64,000 nucleotides of DNA from Blastocladiella emersonii ATCC 22665 (GCA_025594325.1 JANHCV010000009.1:372001-436000), one strand, 5' to 3'; positions 24,601 to 36,184 are shown, numbered from the stretch's first letter. The notes: generated by a model from the letters alone, not told the origin. Program-made: numbers and translations.

Positions 24601-24812
24601 GGTGGCGGCGCGGGCCAAGGTGGGGCCAAGGCGGGAGCCGACAATGATGTGGTAGAACTTGTCGAGCAGGTGCGCAAACAGGCTGGTGGCAGACGCCGGC
24701 AGGAGGGCGAGGACACAGAGGTGGTGGGCGAGCAGGGGCTGGGAGCGGGGAATGCTGTCAACCGCGCGGGCAGGCAAGGAGACAAACTTGGAGCGGGAGC
24801 GCTTGAGGTCAC
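21593..24812 (-). pseudogene. pol: pol remnant: RT C-half, RNase H, integrase (HHCC, DDE), chromodomain
   Basis: PFGIK..FQAVM..VFINDL (YxDD decayed); ATDASNVSLGAILFQ; FTDHAAL; HNRGH..CIPC; QSDNGPEF; YHPQANGASER; EYLVRW..NLWIPASSF. Broken by frameshifts. Confidence 0.9.
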
Positions 24813-26433
24813 CCGCCAAACCCATGGCGAGCAGACCCGCCAGCCGGGCCTTGACCAGGTCGCCCCTCAGGTCCTTGAGCATGGCGAAGATGGCGAGGAT
24901 GGGCGTGTTGTCGCCGTACACCACAAAGCCACACTTGTGGAGCTGGTGGCTGTGCGCCTTATTGCAGAGCCCCTCAAAGCAGAAGCAGAAGGCGCACAGG
25001 CCAGGGCTGGCCACGGCCACAGTACTGAACTTGGTCTCGAGACCCACGGGCCCGATGGGCGCCACGGCCGCGTGGTAGTTGCGCGGGGCGCGCTCGCGCA
25101 CAGCGGAGTGGGAGCGCAAGCGGGACTGGGGACGCAAGCGGGACCGGGAACGCGAGCGCTGACGCTCGTCGCGGCCACCACGATCCTGATTGTGGCGGTC
25201 ATCAGGCACGGCGAGAAGCGCACGCGGGGCGTCGCAGGACGCGCGGTTGTCACGGCTGGCCTTGCCCTTGTCGTAGTGGCCGTTCTTATTGTGGGCGCCG
25301 CCGCCGCGGTGGTTGTTGTAGTTGTTGTTGTTCTTGTTGTTGTAGTTGTTGTAGTTGTTGTTGTTGTTGTTGTTGTTGTAGTTGTTGTTGTTCTTGTTCT
25401 TGTCCTTGTCCTTGTCGCCCAACTTGGTGCGCACAGCCAGCACAGCAGACAAGGCGTCGCCAGCGTCGCCAGCAGGCGCCTTGCTGCGCAAGGCAATCTG
25501 GACGTAGCCGTGGGGGCCAATGAGGTTGACGAGTGTGAGCAGGGTGTGCTTGGAGGTGGCGGTGCCAAGCGTGTGGCAGAGGGCGTTGTAGACGTCGTCC
25601 TTGATGCCCTTGACTGAGTTGAGGAACGAGGAGAGGAGCGCGGGAGGCAGGTGGCCGGTGGGATCCAGGCAACCCCCCTCGTGGAGGCGCCGGACAAACA
25701 CAACGCGGTGGCGCTCAAGGGTGAGGCCCGGAGTGGCGGGGAACAAGAGGTCGAGGTAGCAGACAATGGCAGCGCGCTCCATGTGGTCAAAGAAGTGGGC
25801 GATCAGCTGGTGCTCCTTGAGACTGGCGCCCTTGCGGACCATCGACTTGTACACAACCTGGGCGTCGTGGCCGACGGTGGTGGTGGCAGCGTTGAGCAGC
25901 TTGTACAGGTTGTGCAGCAAGTAGAGGTTGCGGAGGTTGCGGAGGAAGGTGGCTGGGTCTTGGCAGTTGCCGCGGGTTGGGTGGCAGTAGTTGATGCGGG
26001 TGCTCTCGATGTTGGCGCGCAGCTGCTTGTTGATGCTGGTGGTCAACGCAGCGGGAGCGGCTGGCGAGGCGGCGGCTGGCGCGGCTGGGGGCGCCTCGGC
26101 AGGCAGCATGTTGACGGCGAGGTTGATGATGTTGTTGTAGCGCGAGTGCGCGGCGATGAGCACGTCCAGCGCCTTGGCGGCCTGGGCCTGCAGCTTGGGT
26201 GGGTGGGTGGCTGACGTGCCATTGCCCTGGGGCAGCGTGGGTTGCGCGGCGGCGTCGATGGCGGCTGAGCAGGCAGCGAATTGCTTACCAAGTAGCTGGC
26301 GCAGCTCGGCGGCGCGCGCGCGTGCGGCGGGCACGGCCTGGGGGTCCTTGGCCGCAGTGCTGCAGGTGCCGGGGAGCGTGGAGATGTCGCTGCAGAGCGC
26401 TGGCAAGATGGTGAAGGTGGGGTTTGAGGCCAT
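24475..26433 (-). CDS. gag: gag-like ORF of the retrotransposon with Asn-rich tract
   Basis: ATG at 26433, just inside the 5' LTR boundary; long ORF upstream of pol. Confidence 0.65.
   Translation of the reverse strand: MASNPTFTILPALCSDISTLPGTCSTAAKDPQAVPAARARAAELRQLLGKQFAACSAAIDAAAQPTLPQGNGTSATHPPKLQAQAAKALDVLIAAHSRYNNIINLAVNMLPAEAPPAAPAAASPAAPAALTTSINKQLRANIESTRINYCHPTRGNCQDPATFLRNLRNLYLLHNLYKLLNAATTTVGHDAQVVYKSMVRKGASLKEHQLIAHFFDHMERAAIVCYLDLLFPATPGLTLERHRVVFVRRLHEGGCLDPTGHLPPALLSSFLNSVKGIKDDVYNALCHTLGTATSKHTLLTLVNLIGPHGYVQIALRSKAPAGDAGDALSAVLAVRTKLGDKDKDKNKNNNNYNNNNNNNNYNNYNNKNNNNYNNHRGGGAHNKNGHYDKGKASRDNRASCDAPRALLAVPDDRHNQDRGGRDERQRSRSRSRLRPQSRLRSHSAVRERAPRNYHAAVAPIGPVGLETKFSTVAVASPGLCAFCFCFEGLCNKAHSHQLHKCGFVVYGDNTPILAIFAMLKDLRGDLVKARLAGLLAMGLAGDLKRSRSKFVSLPARAVDSIPRSQPLLAHHLCVLALLPASATSLFAHLLDKFYHIIVGSRLGPTLARAATVTHNDPLRSRLGPVCGKPHARSQRAFSVLPSVPDRACRPVP
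25312..25410. repeat. (GTT)n-rich microsatellite encoding poly-Asn in gag
   Basis: Runs of gttgttgtt interrupted by gta/ctt. Confidence 0.9.
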
Positions 26434-28086
26434 GCGGAAAACTACTTGAAAAAAATGTTGATGCCGACAGAAGGAGGCGGGAGACAAGTAGTCAGGGATG
26501 TCTATTCCTGCCTTCGGCCCCAAACCCAAGACAGGGAGAGGGGAGAATGGATAACAAAGCAGGGCGCGCCGCAGCGGGGTGTGGCGGCGCGGGAGCAACA
26601 TCGCCATCCCAGCCAGCCCCTCGATCTCGCAGCAGTTGGGAAAGCTGGAAAAGTGGCTGGAGTTCGGCCGAGAATGAACAAGCTAGGGCTGAGACGTCAT
26701 CGAATTTTCGTTTGCTTGCTCAAGCTTGAGGCTGGTGCGGTCCAAGGTGAGGCTGAGCTTGAGCTGACTTCACCCTCACTGGGTCCAAGTTCGAGCAAAC
26801 TAGGCCGAGCATGTGGCCGGGAATCTGAGCTGCTTGAAGCTTAGGGGAAGCCAAGTCAAACTTGCTCATACTCGCCATAGGTTGAGCTCTAGGCAACGAA
26901 TCGTGAACAAGCTTCAGCAAGTTGGTAGCGTGGGACCCATAGTCCATGTGATTTTGCACCAAGTCGCCGCTCGTTATATATATCGATATCCGTCAAGGAA
27001 GTGTCGCTGGCGGCGCACGCTAGGATGCGCGACGCGTCGTGCGTGCTCACATGATTGGTCGCGTCGACGCGTTCAGTTGCTGGACTGCCTCGCGACGTGT
27101 CTCTCCGAAACAGCGACGAGTGCAACACGTTGGAGCGAATTGGTCTAAGTTGATGAACTGAGTAAATCACGCGGGGTTGGTCAGCTCGTGTGAGTTAGAA
27201 CGCGTGAAACGCCTGGGCTTGCAAGGCTCCGTGCGGCCGTCCGCACCGACTCGCAAGGTTTGATAGCCGTTACTCTCCCTAAGCAAAAGACACCTCGAAT
27301 GTGCTACCGAGCTGCGTGTATTCAAGCCAGCCTCAACGATGGGCCCGCTCTTCCTCTCTCTTCCTCTCCCTTCATCACGGCCCGACGTCTGATTTGAACG
27401 GTGACACGAAACATGCGCGCCGGGAGCCCTATCCGCCATCCGTCTGCTTGACGGCGACAATCCGCCATGTGTCGGCCACCTCTCTTGTCGCGCCATCGCA
27501 CCGTTGCCCCGTGGTGCCGGCCGCGTCGCTACCACCTCGCTGACCGCCCTACGAAATCGCTCGGCGTGTGTACTCTACATGAAGGACGTCCGTGCTGTCG
27601 CTGTTCGCGCTGACAGCTGGTCTCTGACGGTCATTCCCGCGCGAACGTCGTCTGGCGGTTACTGCCGTTCGTCGCGCTGCAGCTCCCCACGTTTCTGCTC
27701 GGGGATGTGACCGTGCGCCTCGCGGACCTCACCGACTCGCACCACTTCGTCGACCGCATGCCAGCGGCCGCCGTTGTCCGGTGCCTGTTGCCCGTCGCAG
27801 CGGCTGCGATCTCGGGCTCCGACACCACGGATCCCGCGACGCTCGCCAACGACCTCGATTCTCGCGCTGTTCGCTTGTCCGCGACGACGTCCTGGACGTC
27901 TGCACGTGGATCGCCGCCGCGTTCAACGACTCCGTGACCGTCCACACGTTTGCGGCTGCGACGTCCGTAGGCGCGTCTTGCTTTTCTCATCCACCAGTTC
28001 TTTATCTCCTTACGTCGCTTAGAAGGCGCGCGAGTGTCCGTGAATCATGTTGACATTGAGGACGACTGCCACGCGGCGACGGGCCA

Positions 28087-28277
28087 CGCGCTGTTCTGCG
28101 TCGCGCTGTTCTGCGTCGCGCTGTTCTGCGTCGCGCCGTTCCGCGTCGCGCCGTTCCGCGTCGCGCCGTTCCGCGTCGCGCCGTTCCGCGTCGCGCCGTT
28201 CCGCGTCGCGCCGTTCCGCGTCGCGCCGTTCCGCGTCGCGCCGTTCCGCGTCGCGCCGTTCCGCGTCGCGCCGTTCC
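28087..28277. repeat. 15-bp tandem repeat, ~12.7 units
   Basis: 3x CGCGCTGTTCTGCGT, then 9x CGCGCCGTTCCGCGT plus a partial unit; no spacers. Confidence 0.95.
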
Positions 28278-29335
28278 CCAATTTTGAGGACGAGTGCTGT
28301 CACCGCGGCGAAGCGCAGTACCCGTCCAATATGCGCCTGATCCATCGTCCGTACGATCGCGCTCCTGCACGGTTCAAGCGCCCCAGGTGGAGCGGGCCTT
28401 GGCCTTCGATTTTGAAAACCATGAGCGAAGCGTTTGTGGACCAAGTATAATTAATTTGCATGAGGTTGGTCGGTTTTATAGCCGGTAGCAAGAAAAAGCG
28501 CTTTCAAGAGCCCGACGCGTGACGCGCCGAAGGCACGTGGCGGGCGCGAGACAGGCTGCGAGACTTCGGTTGAAGGCGCCACAAGCCCTCAGGTGATGCT
28601 TCGGCACCAGCCACGGCGTCGGCAGTCCTCGACGCCTTGTCCTCCCCGCCCGCCGCTCTCTTCGGACGTCGCCCTGTTCACTACGAGCGTTGGCCCATCA
28701 TGAAGCATTCCACTCCTTGACTCGGTGCAATTGGTGCGGCATACTTGAAAACGTCTTCTCCCCGTGCTCCCCGCTCTTGCCATCACAAGGCTTCTCCTTC
28801 CTCCAACTCTGCCTGCCTCCCTGCGAGCCGCTTCTCTCGCTCCACTTCATCTGCTCCTCGTGTCGTGGCGCGAAGCAAGTCTAAGGCCCCGACGGAGACT
28901 CGGGCCGCGGCGACAGCTGTCAGTCACCGTTGCCCTCCTCAGCGTTGGTCCATGACATGCGACTGACACCCACCTTCGCGGCTCACATTCCCTAGGCACT
29001 TGCCAACTTCTACCTGTCTTCGTGTCTTCGTGTGGGTCGGTATCCAGAACTAGGGTATGGATTCATGGGCAGCTCGAGAAGCTGCATCACTTGGTACGTC
29101 CGCTTGTTTCCTCACGCGTGCATAACGGTGTTGCTCACTTCGCCCTCACGCACGATTACCACATAGGCAGTACTGCTCGCTGCCAAGAAACTGATGGGCA
29201 AGTCGGTGACACGCGAACCAGCCGCCGCCAGCCGGGTCACCAAGGCGTACTAGAACATGCTCGCGTCAAGTCGCTGGCCCGTGCCCAAGGAATCCGCGCT
29301 AACGCCATCACGATGAGCCGGAGTTCGATTTTGAC

Positions 29336-29389
29336 ACGCTCGAGGAGCTGGCGAACAAGGCGACGCTCGAGGAGCTGGCGAACAAGGCG
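29336..29389. repeat. 27-bp tandem duplication (TLEELANKA x2 on + strand)
   Basis: ACGCTCGAGGAGCTGGCGAACAAGGCG twice. Confidence 0.9.
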
Positions 29390-30421
29390 ACGTGGTCGAT
29401 GGAGCGTGTATCGAAGATTATACACTCTGTTTCCATTCTCATCCAAACTTGAAGCCTTTCTGTGAGTTTATGCAAGATGCGCGAAACTTTGCCTCCATGT
29501 CGCGCAACTTGAGCAAGCTCTCGGCCATGTATCACAAACTAGATCAAACTTGATTCCCTGAATGATGGAACTTGGGTAAGCTTGAGCAAGTTTGAATATG
29601 CCGATTTCAAACTCAGAAATCTTGGAGGGACATAGCCGATCTTGGCGAGTTTGGTGAGCTTGCCCAAGCTCAGCCAAACTCAACCGATTTGGGGGGTCGG
29701 CTGGGATGGCGATGGAGGGATTGCGGGCGGCTCACGCGAGATCAGATGATTGATCACCGCGGTCGTGGCCACATGAACGACACGCAACACGAGCTGCTTC
29801 GCAAGCTCCTCAATTCGGTTGATGATCTCGCGGTGCGAAGCCATTTGGCATGCCAGCCGCCGAGCTGCACTGCACTTCAGTGTGCGAGCCTGTTGTTGAA
29901 CCCTTTGCGAGATTTTCGAGTACCTCATCTGCGCTGATCTCGCGACGCTCATTGACCAATTGGGCGGCAAGCACGAGGGCAGCACGCTGCCGCTCTCGCT
30001 GTGGCGTGCAATCCCCACTGACGCGCTGTATAGCATCAAGGACGAGCGCTGGGTCGCAAAGACATCGTCGGCATTCACAATCGCGACGTCGTCGGCGGCA
30101 CCGATTCTCGCGCGGTCATCTCGGAGATCCGCCGCGCGGCTCGTCGAATTGTTACTCAAGCGAGCTACCACGAGGCCGTTGTCTCTCTGATCCACCGGGA
30201 TTAGGGTATGTGTCCGTCAATTACAGTCGTGTCATGACTTTGAATGCAAACCCTGCTGTCTGCGTGAAGTCAGCGCGTTGAATGACGAGGATCCTCGTGC
30301 GTCGCGTGTTCGCTTGAGCCCGCGGTCTTTTCACTGAGGACCCATGCCAGCCTTCACTTTTTTTTTGTATAGCACGCATCCTCCGTTCTCGTTGCAATGC
30401 GTGACGCGCGATCGACAACGC

Positions 30422-30450
30422 GTCTCCAGCCCGGCGTGAGACAGTCACGC
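30422..30450 (+). promoter_or_regulatory. Family upstream motif GTCTC-N11-GAGACAGTCACGC
   Basis: About 105-130 bp upstream of ATG 30554. Confidence 0.6.
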
Positions 30451-30553
30451 CGGTCAGCTGATCAGCGAACACCACGCGGTTCGTGTGGCGTCGAAACGGG
30501 CGCCGTCTCTGCAGCCAGCCTAACCTACTCTCGCTCACCGCTCATGTAAACTT

Positions 30554-32876
30554 ATGAACGTAAACTTGCTGCAATCTGACCGTGGTCCTATGTTGTCGGC
30601 GCTCCCCGTCGAGCTCCTGACGACCGTGCTCCGGCTCGCCTCTCCCCGCGCGATCGTCTGCGCCACGACGCGCGAGCTCCACACGGTTACACGCACGAGC
30701 CATGTGACCAACTCTTGGATTCAATTCATGTACTCGGGCGCCGTGTCGCTAAACAAGACCGAAGGCTTGGTGTGCACTTCGCGCGACTACGCGACCGACC
30801 TTGCTTGCTTGCTCGAGTGCGATTTCCACGACGATTCTCGCGACCATCCTGATGCAGGCAGCCCCGATGACCACCGCACCATTTCTCTCTACACTGTTCT
30901 GGCAAATCAATTGATCGGGTTCGCCGTGCCTGTTTTATCCACCCAGAGCGCGAATGTGCGGTCGCTCTCTCGTGAGCTCGACGCGAAAGTAGTGGAGCGG
31001 CGACCCAATTTTTTTCACAAAGCAATCCGGAATCCAGTCACGTCGCTATTGCAGCTGCGTGTCTTCGCCATTGAGCGCCTCGATCGTCTCACGCTCAAAT
31101 CTCTTCTCCTCTCAGTCAGGCAACGGGTCGGGAAAATATTCCGCATCAATCTCACTTGTGCTGCTTGGATCAAACTGGTTTGCGGTCGCGTCATTCTCGG
31201 CGATCAAACCGAATCAATTTGCAACCAGGAAATGCATCTGACCAACTTCCTTGCGATCATGGCTGTCTTTTTGTGGAACCGCCCGAAACTTGACGACTTG
31301 GCGGACTGGCGCTTTGGATTAGACAAACCGTCCCTCAAGCTCTGCTTCTCCGAGCCTCAGTTTGCTGAAACCTTTTTCGTTCACCTTACCGATAACGCTG
31401 ATGTCGACTCGATCGAGCCCTACGCCAATGTTGTTTCGTGGCTCCTGGACACTTGCTGGAGGGGAAACCCACCATCCGTAGCTGGCGCCCACCACGTTGT
31501 GGTTGAGCTGTGCCTTACGCCCGAGCTACTCAAGGCGCTCGCTGATAGCCGCGACGATAATCTCAAGCTTCACACTGTTCAAGCTGGCGACCGCCAAATG
31601 ATCGCAGACTACATTGCAGCGGGGAATGACTACCTCGCCAACGAAACGCTTATTATCCTTGACGATCTCAAGCTGCTTTCGATCAAGGCTTGGTCAAACG
31701 CGCTTCACCGAGGTCTTTTTCAACAGCCTGACGACAAACTCTTGAAGCTCCTTCCAGAGCGCGTTGGCGATCGCTTTCTCGACGTCGCTGCTCAAGGTAC
31801 TTTTGTTCTTCCGCTTTTTTTTTCGTCAAACAAAAATGGAGACGAGGAGCTAACCTGGTCGTGCCCTTGCGACCCGTGTAGCATTTGGGACTGGACTCGA
31901 GCCTGGCCGCGATCCAGACGTGCCTCAACGCATCATCGCCTATGTCTTTGAACAGCTCGACGATGTCCTTGACGCTGCCAGTCGTTTCGCGGTTACTGCA
32001 GGCCAGTGTGTCAATTACGCACTCGCCGAGCAAGAGGACACAAAAGCTCAGCGCCATCTCGAGGAACTGCGGCGTGTTGTTGAGCGGGTGTTCCATGATC
32101 GCGTCACGCTGAGCGCGATGGACACTCACGTACTTGCCAATGCGTTTGTCACGCGCTTTGACGTTTCCGCGTGCACCAGCTTCGCATGGGTCTTTGTGGA
32201 CGCGCTGAATAACTTGACCGTTGGCGAACGTGCGCTGAACCTGACTCGGGCAATGGACACCGCTTCTCCAGTGCTTGGTCTCATGATTTGCGCGCAGATT
32301 CAGTGCGGCGCTGGGCGCCACAAGGTCACGCGGTCGGCGCTCCGCCTTACGTGCAATCGCTGCGATCTCGCGACGCAGAGAGCCTGGTTCCTTGCGCTGA
32401 AGCGTGTCTTGTCGATTAATCCGCGCCAGGTGATACAGGAGCTTCCGCAGTGCGCGTTCGACCAGCTTCGCACGCTTCTTGCTTCTGTTGACGACCTCGC
32501 GCTTGCCCAGCCGCTCAACGCGCTTGCGCCCGAGCCGCACCATGCCTTGGCGTGCGAGACCGTCGCTGAGCCCTTTTGCGAGCTCCTTGGCTACCTTATC
32601 CATGCCGATCTCGCGACACTTATTGACCGATTGGGCGGAAAGCACGACGGCAGCTCGCTCCCGCTCTCGTTCTGGCGTGCGCTCCCCACGGACTCGCTTG
32701 ATGGCGTCAAGGATGAGCTCTGGCTCGCGAAGACTGTCTTTGGCATCCGCACTCGTGCCACCGATAATGGTAATGATCCGCGGGTGATTATCGCCGAGAT
32801 CCGGCGCGCCGCCCGCAGAACGGTAACCTGGCCAGGCTACCTTCACGCCATCGTGTCTCTGGTCCACGGCGAGTAG
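30554..32876 (+). CDS. F-box-like array family, intact A+B gene
   Basis: MLSALPVELLTTVLRLASP. Phase-1 intron 31797-31881 joins A in frame to the B ORF (31920-32876). Confidence 0.8.
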
Positions 32877-32995
32877 ACTTGCATTCCCGTCGTCCATGTT
32901 GTTCTTACGAATATATTCGCGGTGTTGTTTTTGCCCCAATGTACGAAACGTGTCGCGCGAGTTCCGCTCCTCGGGCTGCTCCCCGGGCGAAACGC

Positions 32996-33022
32996 GTCTC
33001 CAAATTGGCGTGAGACATTACG
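32996..33022 (+). promoter_or_regulatory. Family upstream motif variant GTCTC-N11-GAGACATTACG
   Basis: About 80-105 bp upstream of ATG 33101. Confidence 0.55.
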
Positions 33023-33173
33023 TGAGTCGATCGAGCTGATCCCGCCCGAAGCGCTCGGCAGTTTCGTCTCTGCTCCTCCACCTCCAAATAATGCCAGCGC
33101 ATGAAGTTAGACTTGATGCAATCTGACGCTAGCCCTCGGCTCTCAATGCTTCCGGTCGAAATCCTCTTGACGG

Positions 33174-33479
33174 TGTTGGGGGACCGGGGACCGAGAGGTA
33201 CTGCAAGAGGTCTAGTCCAGAATCTTCGCGACGAACGACGTGAGCACTCGAGCTCCGAACCGACGCTCCGATCGACTGTTACGTGTGATTCGTAGAACAA
33301 CAGACGGAGAGAAGGCTCGGTTCGAGGCCCGCGGCCGAGTTGACGCGTCACGCAGCGGTGACGAGGAGGGGGAACGCGTCCGAGTGGCGTCGCGTCACGC
33401 GGTGGGAAACGCGTCGCGTGGGACGTGGCTTGACTCGAAACGTCTCGCGCTGAGCCACGCGGCACGACCATTCACCACA
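33174..33479. mobile_element. Solo LTR, 306 bp
   Basis: TG..CA ends; 4-bp TSD ACGG (33170-73, 33480-83); removal restores TTG ACG GTG CTG (LTVL). Confidence 0.8.
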
Positions 33480-34767
33480 ACGGTGCTGCGGCTTGTCCGC
33501 CCTCAACTTGCGTTATGCGTGGCCTCCCGCGACCTTTGCGCTCTGGCGGGCACCAAAGCCGTGACGACTACTTGGATCAACCGCGTTCTTGCCGACAGTG
33601 CCCCGCACCATCACCCCGGGGTCACCCCGATTTATTTCTACTACATTTCCGATATTAGTTTGGCCCTGCGAAACCTCCACAAAGTCTCCAAACCGCCGCG
33701 CTTGATGCCGAGCGACCCATTTTTCGACCTTGGGTCTCTTTACTCGGTGCCTTTGAACCACTTCATCGATCTTGTGCTCCATATATTCGCCTCCGTGCAG
33801 TGCGACTTGGCTTGCTCGCCGACGAAGTTGAGGCAACCGTCACAGCGAGGTCGCCGAGTAGTGTCGAAACGGCCAACGTTAGACCCGTGGAGTCATTGCT
33901 GCAGCTATTTACGCTCGCAACTTTGTACCTAGATCCATCGACGCTCTTGGACCTCTTACTTCGCGCTTCGCGCGAAGTTCCAGGTCTCTTTCAGATCACA
34001 CTGCCATACCACGTATGGAGCCTGCTTGATTGTCATGGCGATTATGGAACTGATCTTGAATTTCATCCTGACGACCGGCGCCTGGACCTGCTTGCACACC
34101 TTGGCCTCTCAGCGATCCTGTCGTGGAGCCATGCAGTGCTTCAGGTCATCATTGACCCCCAACTCGATGCCAACAAGGCCGATCTTATTGCCTGTTTCGA
34201 GGATGGCGACTTCTCCGTCGAGCTTTTTGGTCATCTTACTGAATACTTACAACGCCAACGACGATGACCCTAATCCAATCCAACCGTGCGTCAATGTTCT
34301 CCACTGGATGCGAGCAAACTGCTGGCCAGGTCGACGGCCTGCATCTCCGGCCGTCATCTCGTTGTCCACTTGAGCCGCGTGCCAAAAGTGCTCAAGCGCT
34401 TCCTTGAGCAGAGCTTGCCCGATGTCCTTGGTAGTGTATAGCTCTCAGAATGCGCTTTGATTGGGCAGCAAACCCATCGTGGAGTGACTCCGTCTGACGG
34501 GGAAGATCTTGTGCTTTTCGATGACCTCAAGCTCCTCAACACCGAAGCATGGGGCTACGTGCTCTCGAACGAAGTCGATAGTAGTAACTCGGAACTTCTC
34601 GCATTTCTTCCCAGACGGCTTGGTGAGCGGCTGGTTGATGCCGCTGTTCAAGGTACCACGCGCTGCATTGACTCCATGCAGCTCCCGTACCAAACTGACG
34701 GATCAAACATGTAGCATTTGCGACGGGCTTGACGAGCATTTTCAACGTCTGGCCCCCGCAACAGCTT

Positions 34768-35022
34768 TGCTGTAGTGGGGGGTGCGTGCGAGACATGCGA
34801 GACACGCACGCGTCGAGGTCAGGTGTGGATCACGCCACCCACCGACGCCGCCTCCCACGCCTCCGCCGCGGCCCAACGCGCGGCGCACTCTCGCGCTCGG
34901 TTCCTGTTCGAGGATGAATGAAGCTGTTCCTGTTTGATACACTGGTTGATTTCCCCTGCAATACCATCCTGTCGCTGTACGTCGCGTGTATCCCGCTTCC
35001 CCCGTGCCTGAGTAGAATAGCA
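34768..35022. mobile_element. Solo LTR, 255 bp
   Basis: TGCT..AGCA ends; 5-bp TSD AGCTT (34763-67, 35023-27); removal restores in-frame PPQQLLSLILQQ. Confidence 0.85.
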
Positions 35023-36184
35023 AGCTTCTCTCTTTAATCCTTCAGCAAGGCTCTAACGACATGGATCTGGCGGCAGTAACTGGCTTCGCGGCTGCAGCGG
35101 AGCGCATCGCCGAGTTCACCGTCAGCGATTTAAATGAATTGCAGGAGATCAAATACCAGCGCTACCAGGACAGGCAGCGTCGGATCGCATGGCAAGTGTT
35201 CTCCTTTCCACCAACCGCCGATACTCGTGGCCTTTTTTTGTTGACAAATGCCTTTGCCTCGCGGTTTGACGCGAGCGTGTGTACTCCGTCTGCCCGGGTG
35301 CCCGTTTTCGTACTCAATGTTCTCGCTTTGAACTAGTTAGCCCTCGAAATGGTGCGAAACTACGACACGGGGACTTCGAATACACATCGTTGAGCCGTGA
35401 TCCCCGTCTTAACAGCGCCCACTGTCTTGGGCTCATGATTTGCGCGCAGATTGCGCGCGGTGCAGGCCGGTACAAATTCGCACGAAATGCGCTTCGTGCT
35501 ACATGCGACCTTGCGATCTCTCAGCACAACGGATCTGGCTTACGACCATCAACCAGATCATGGCGCTCGATTCGCACGGTTTCGTGCAGGAACTTTCGCA
35601 GAGCGTGTTCGACTATTTGCTAGCGCTACTGATCTCCGTTGAAGACCTTGCACTCGCCAAGGCGTTTGAGCTTCCCGAATCCGAGTCACATTGCCCCGCC
35701 ATGTGCGAGCCAGTTGCTGAACCGTTCGGCGAGCTTGTGCAGCGGCTCGTTCGCGCCGATCTCGCGACCTTCCTTGACCGACTGGGCGGTGCGTGCGATG
35801 GCGCCGCGTTTCCGCTCTCACTGTGGCGCGTGCTTGCTACTGGCGCGCTTGATGGCGTCAAGGATGTGCACTGGGTCGCGAAGACGGTTGTCGCGATTGA
35901 CAAACATGGCGCGTCTGGTGGAGCGGCCCCGCGCGTGGTCATTTCCGAGATTCGTCGCGTCGCACGCGAAATGGTGGCCCGTACAAGCTACCTCGAGGCC
36001 GTTGTCGCGCTGATTCACCACGACTACGAATGAAGTCGCGTGCTGCGCCAGGCCGAGAGCCGCTCGCCAGGATTGTGCCGTTTCGAACGGCAGCTCGTGT
36101 CCCAGTTCTCGGTTTTTGTTATACATGTACCTCAACTGCGTTTAACTCGTGTCATCGACCTTGCGTGTGAGGAGCCCTCGACGC

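Larger units (their letters stand above)
26599..29714. mobile_element. Nested 3.1-kb non-autonomous TIR DNA transposon (CMC/EnSpm-like by 2-bp TSD)
   Basis: Perfect 16-bp TIR CATCGCCATCCCAGCC; flanks AA/GA where the intact LTR has GA; subterminal (A)ACTTGAGCAAG-like repeats at both ends; no intact transposase. Confidence 0.8.
21377..29789 (-). mobile_element. Degenerate Ty3/gypsy chromovirus LTR retrotransposon
   Basis: 216-bp LTRs TGTTG..CAACA; 5-bp TSD CAAGC (21372-76)/CGAGC (29790-94); order gag, partial RT, RNase H, integrase, chromodomain. Protease and RT N-half apparently deleted. Confidence 0.93.
26456..29789 (-). repeat. 5' LTR split into 26456-26598 and 29715-29789 by a nested element
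   Basis: The two halves minus the 2-bp duplication total 216 bp and align with the 3' LTR. Confidence 0.9.
20649..30204 (+). pseudogene. B-domain copy split by the LTR retrotransposon
   Basis: B sequence with an in-frame TAA near 20934 reads ..RTFK at 21376 and resumes LLRKLLNSVDDLA at 29795, ending LIHRD* at 30204. Confidence 0.8.
33101..36033 (+). pseudogene. A+B family copy disrupted by two solo LTRs, frameshifts and stops
   Basis: MKLDLMQS..LPVEILLTV[insert]LRLVRP; A pieces in three frames; B pieces at 35061-35336 and 35440-36033. Confidence 0.85.

Noticed and set aside
24475-24812. gag/pol overlap as a programmed frameshift
   Set aside because: The region is internally deleted (protease and RT N-half missing) and heavily mutated; no slippery site could be supported.
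28087-28277. Possible CRISPR array
   Set aside because: Head-to-tail 15-bp units with no unique spacers, in a eukaryotic context without cas genes.
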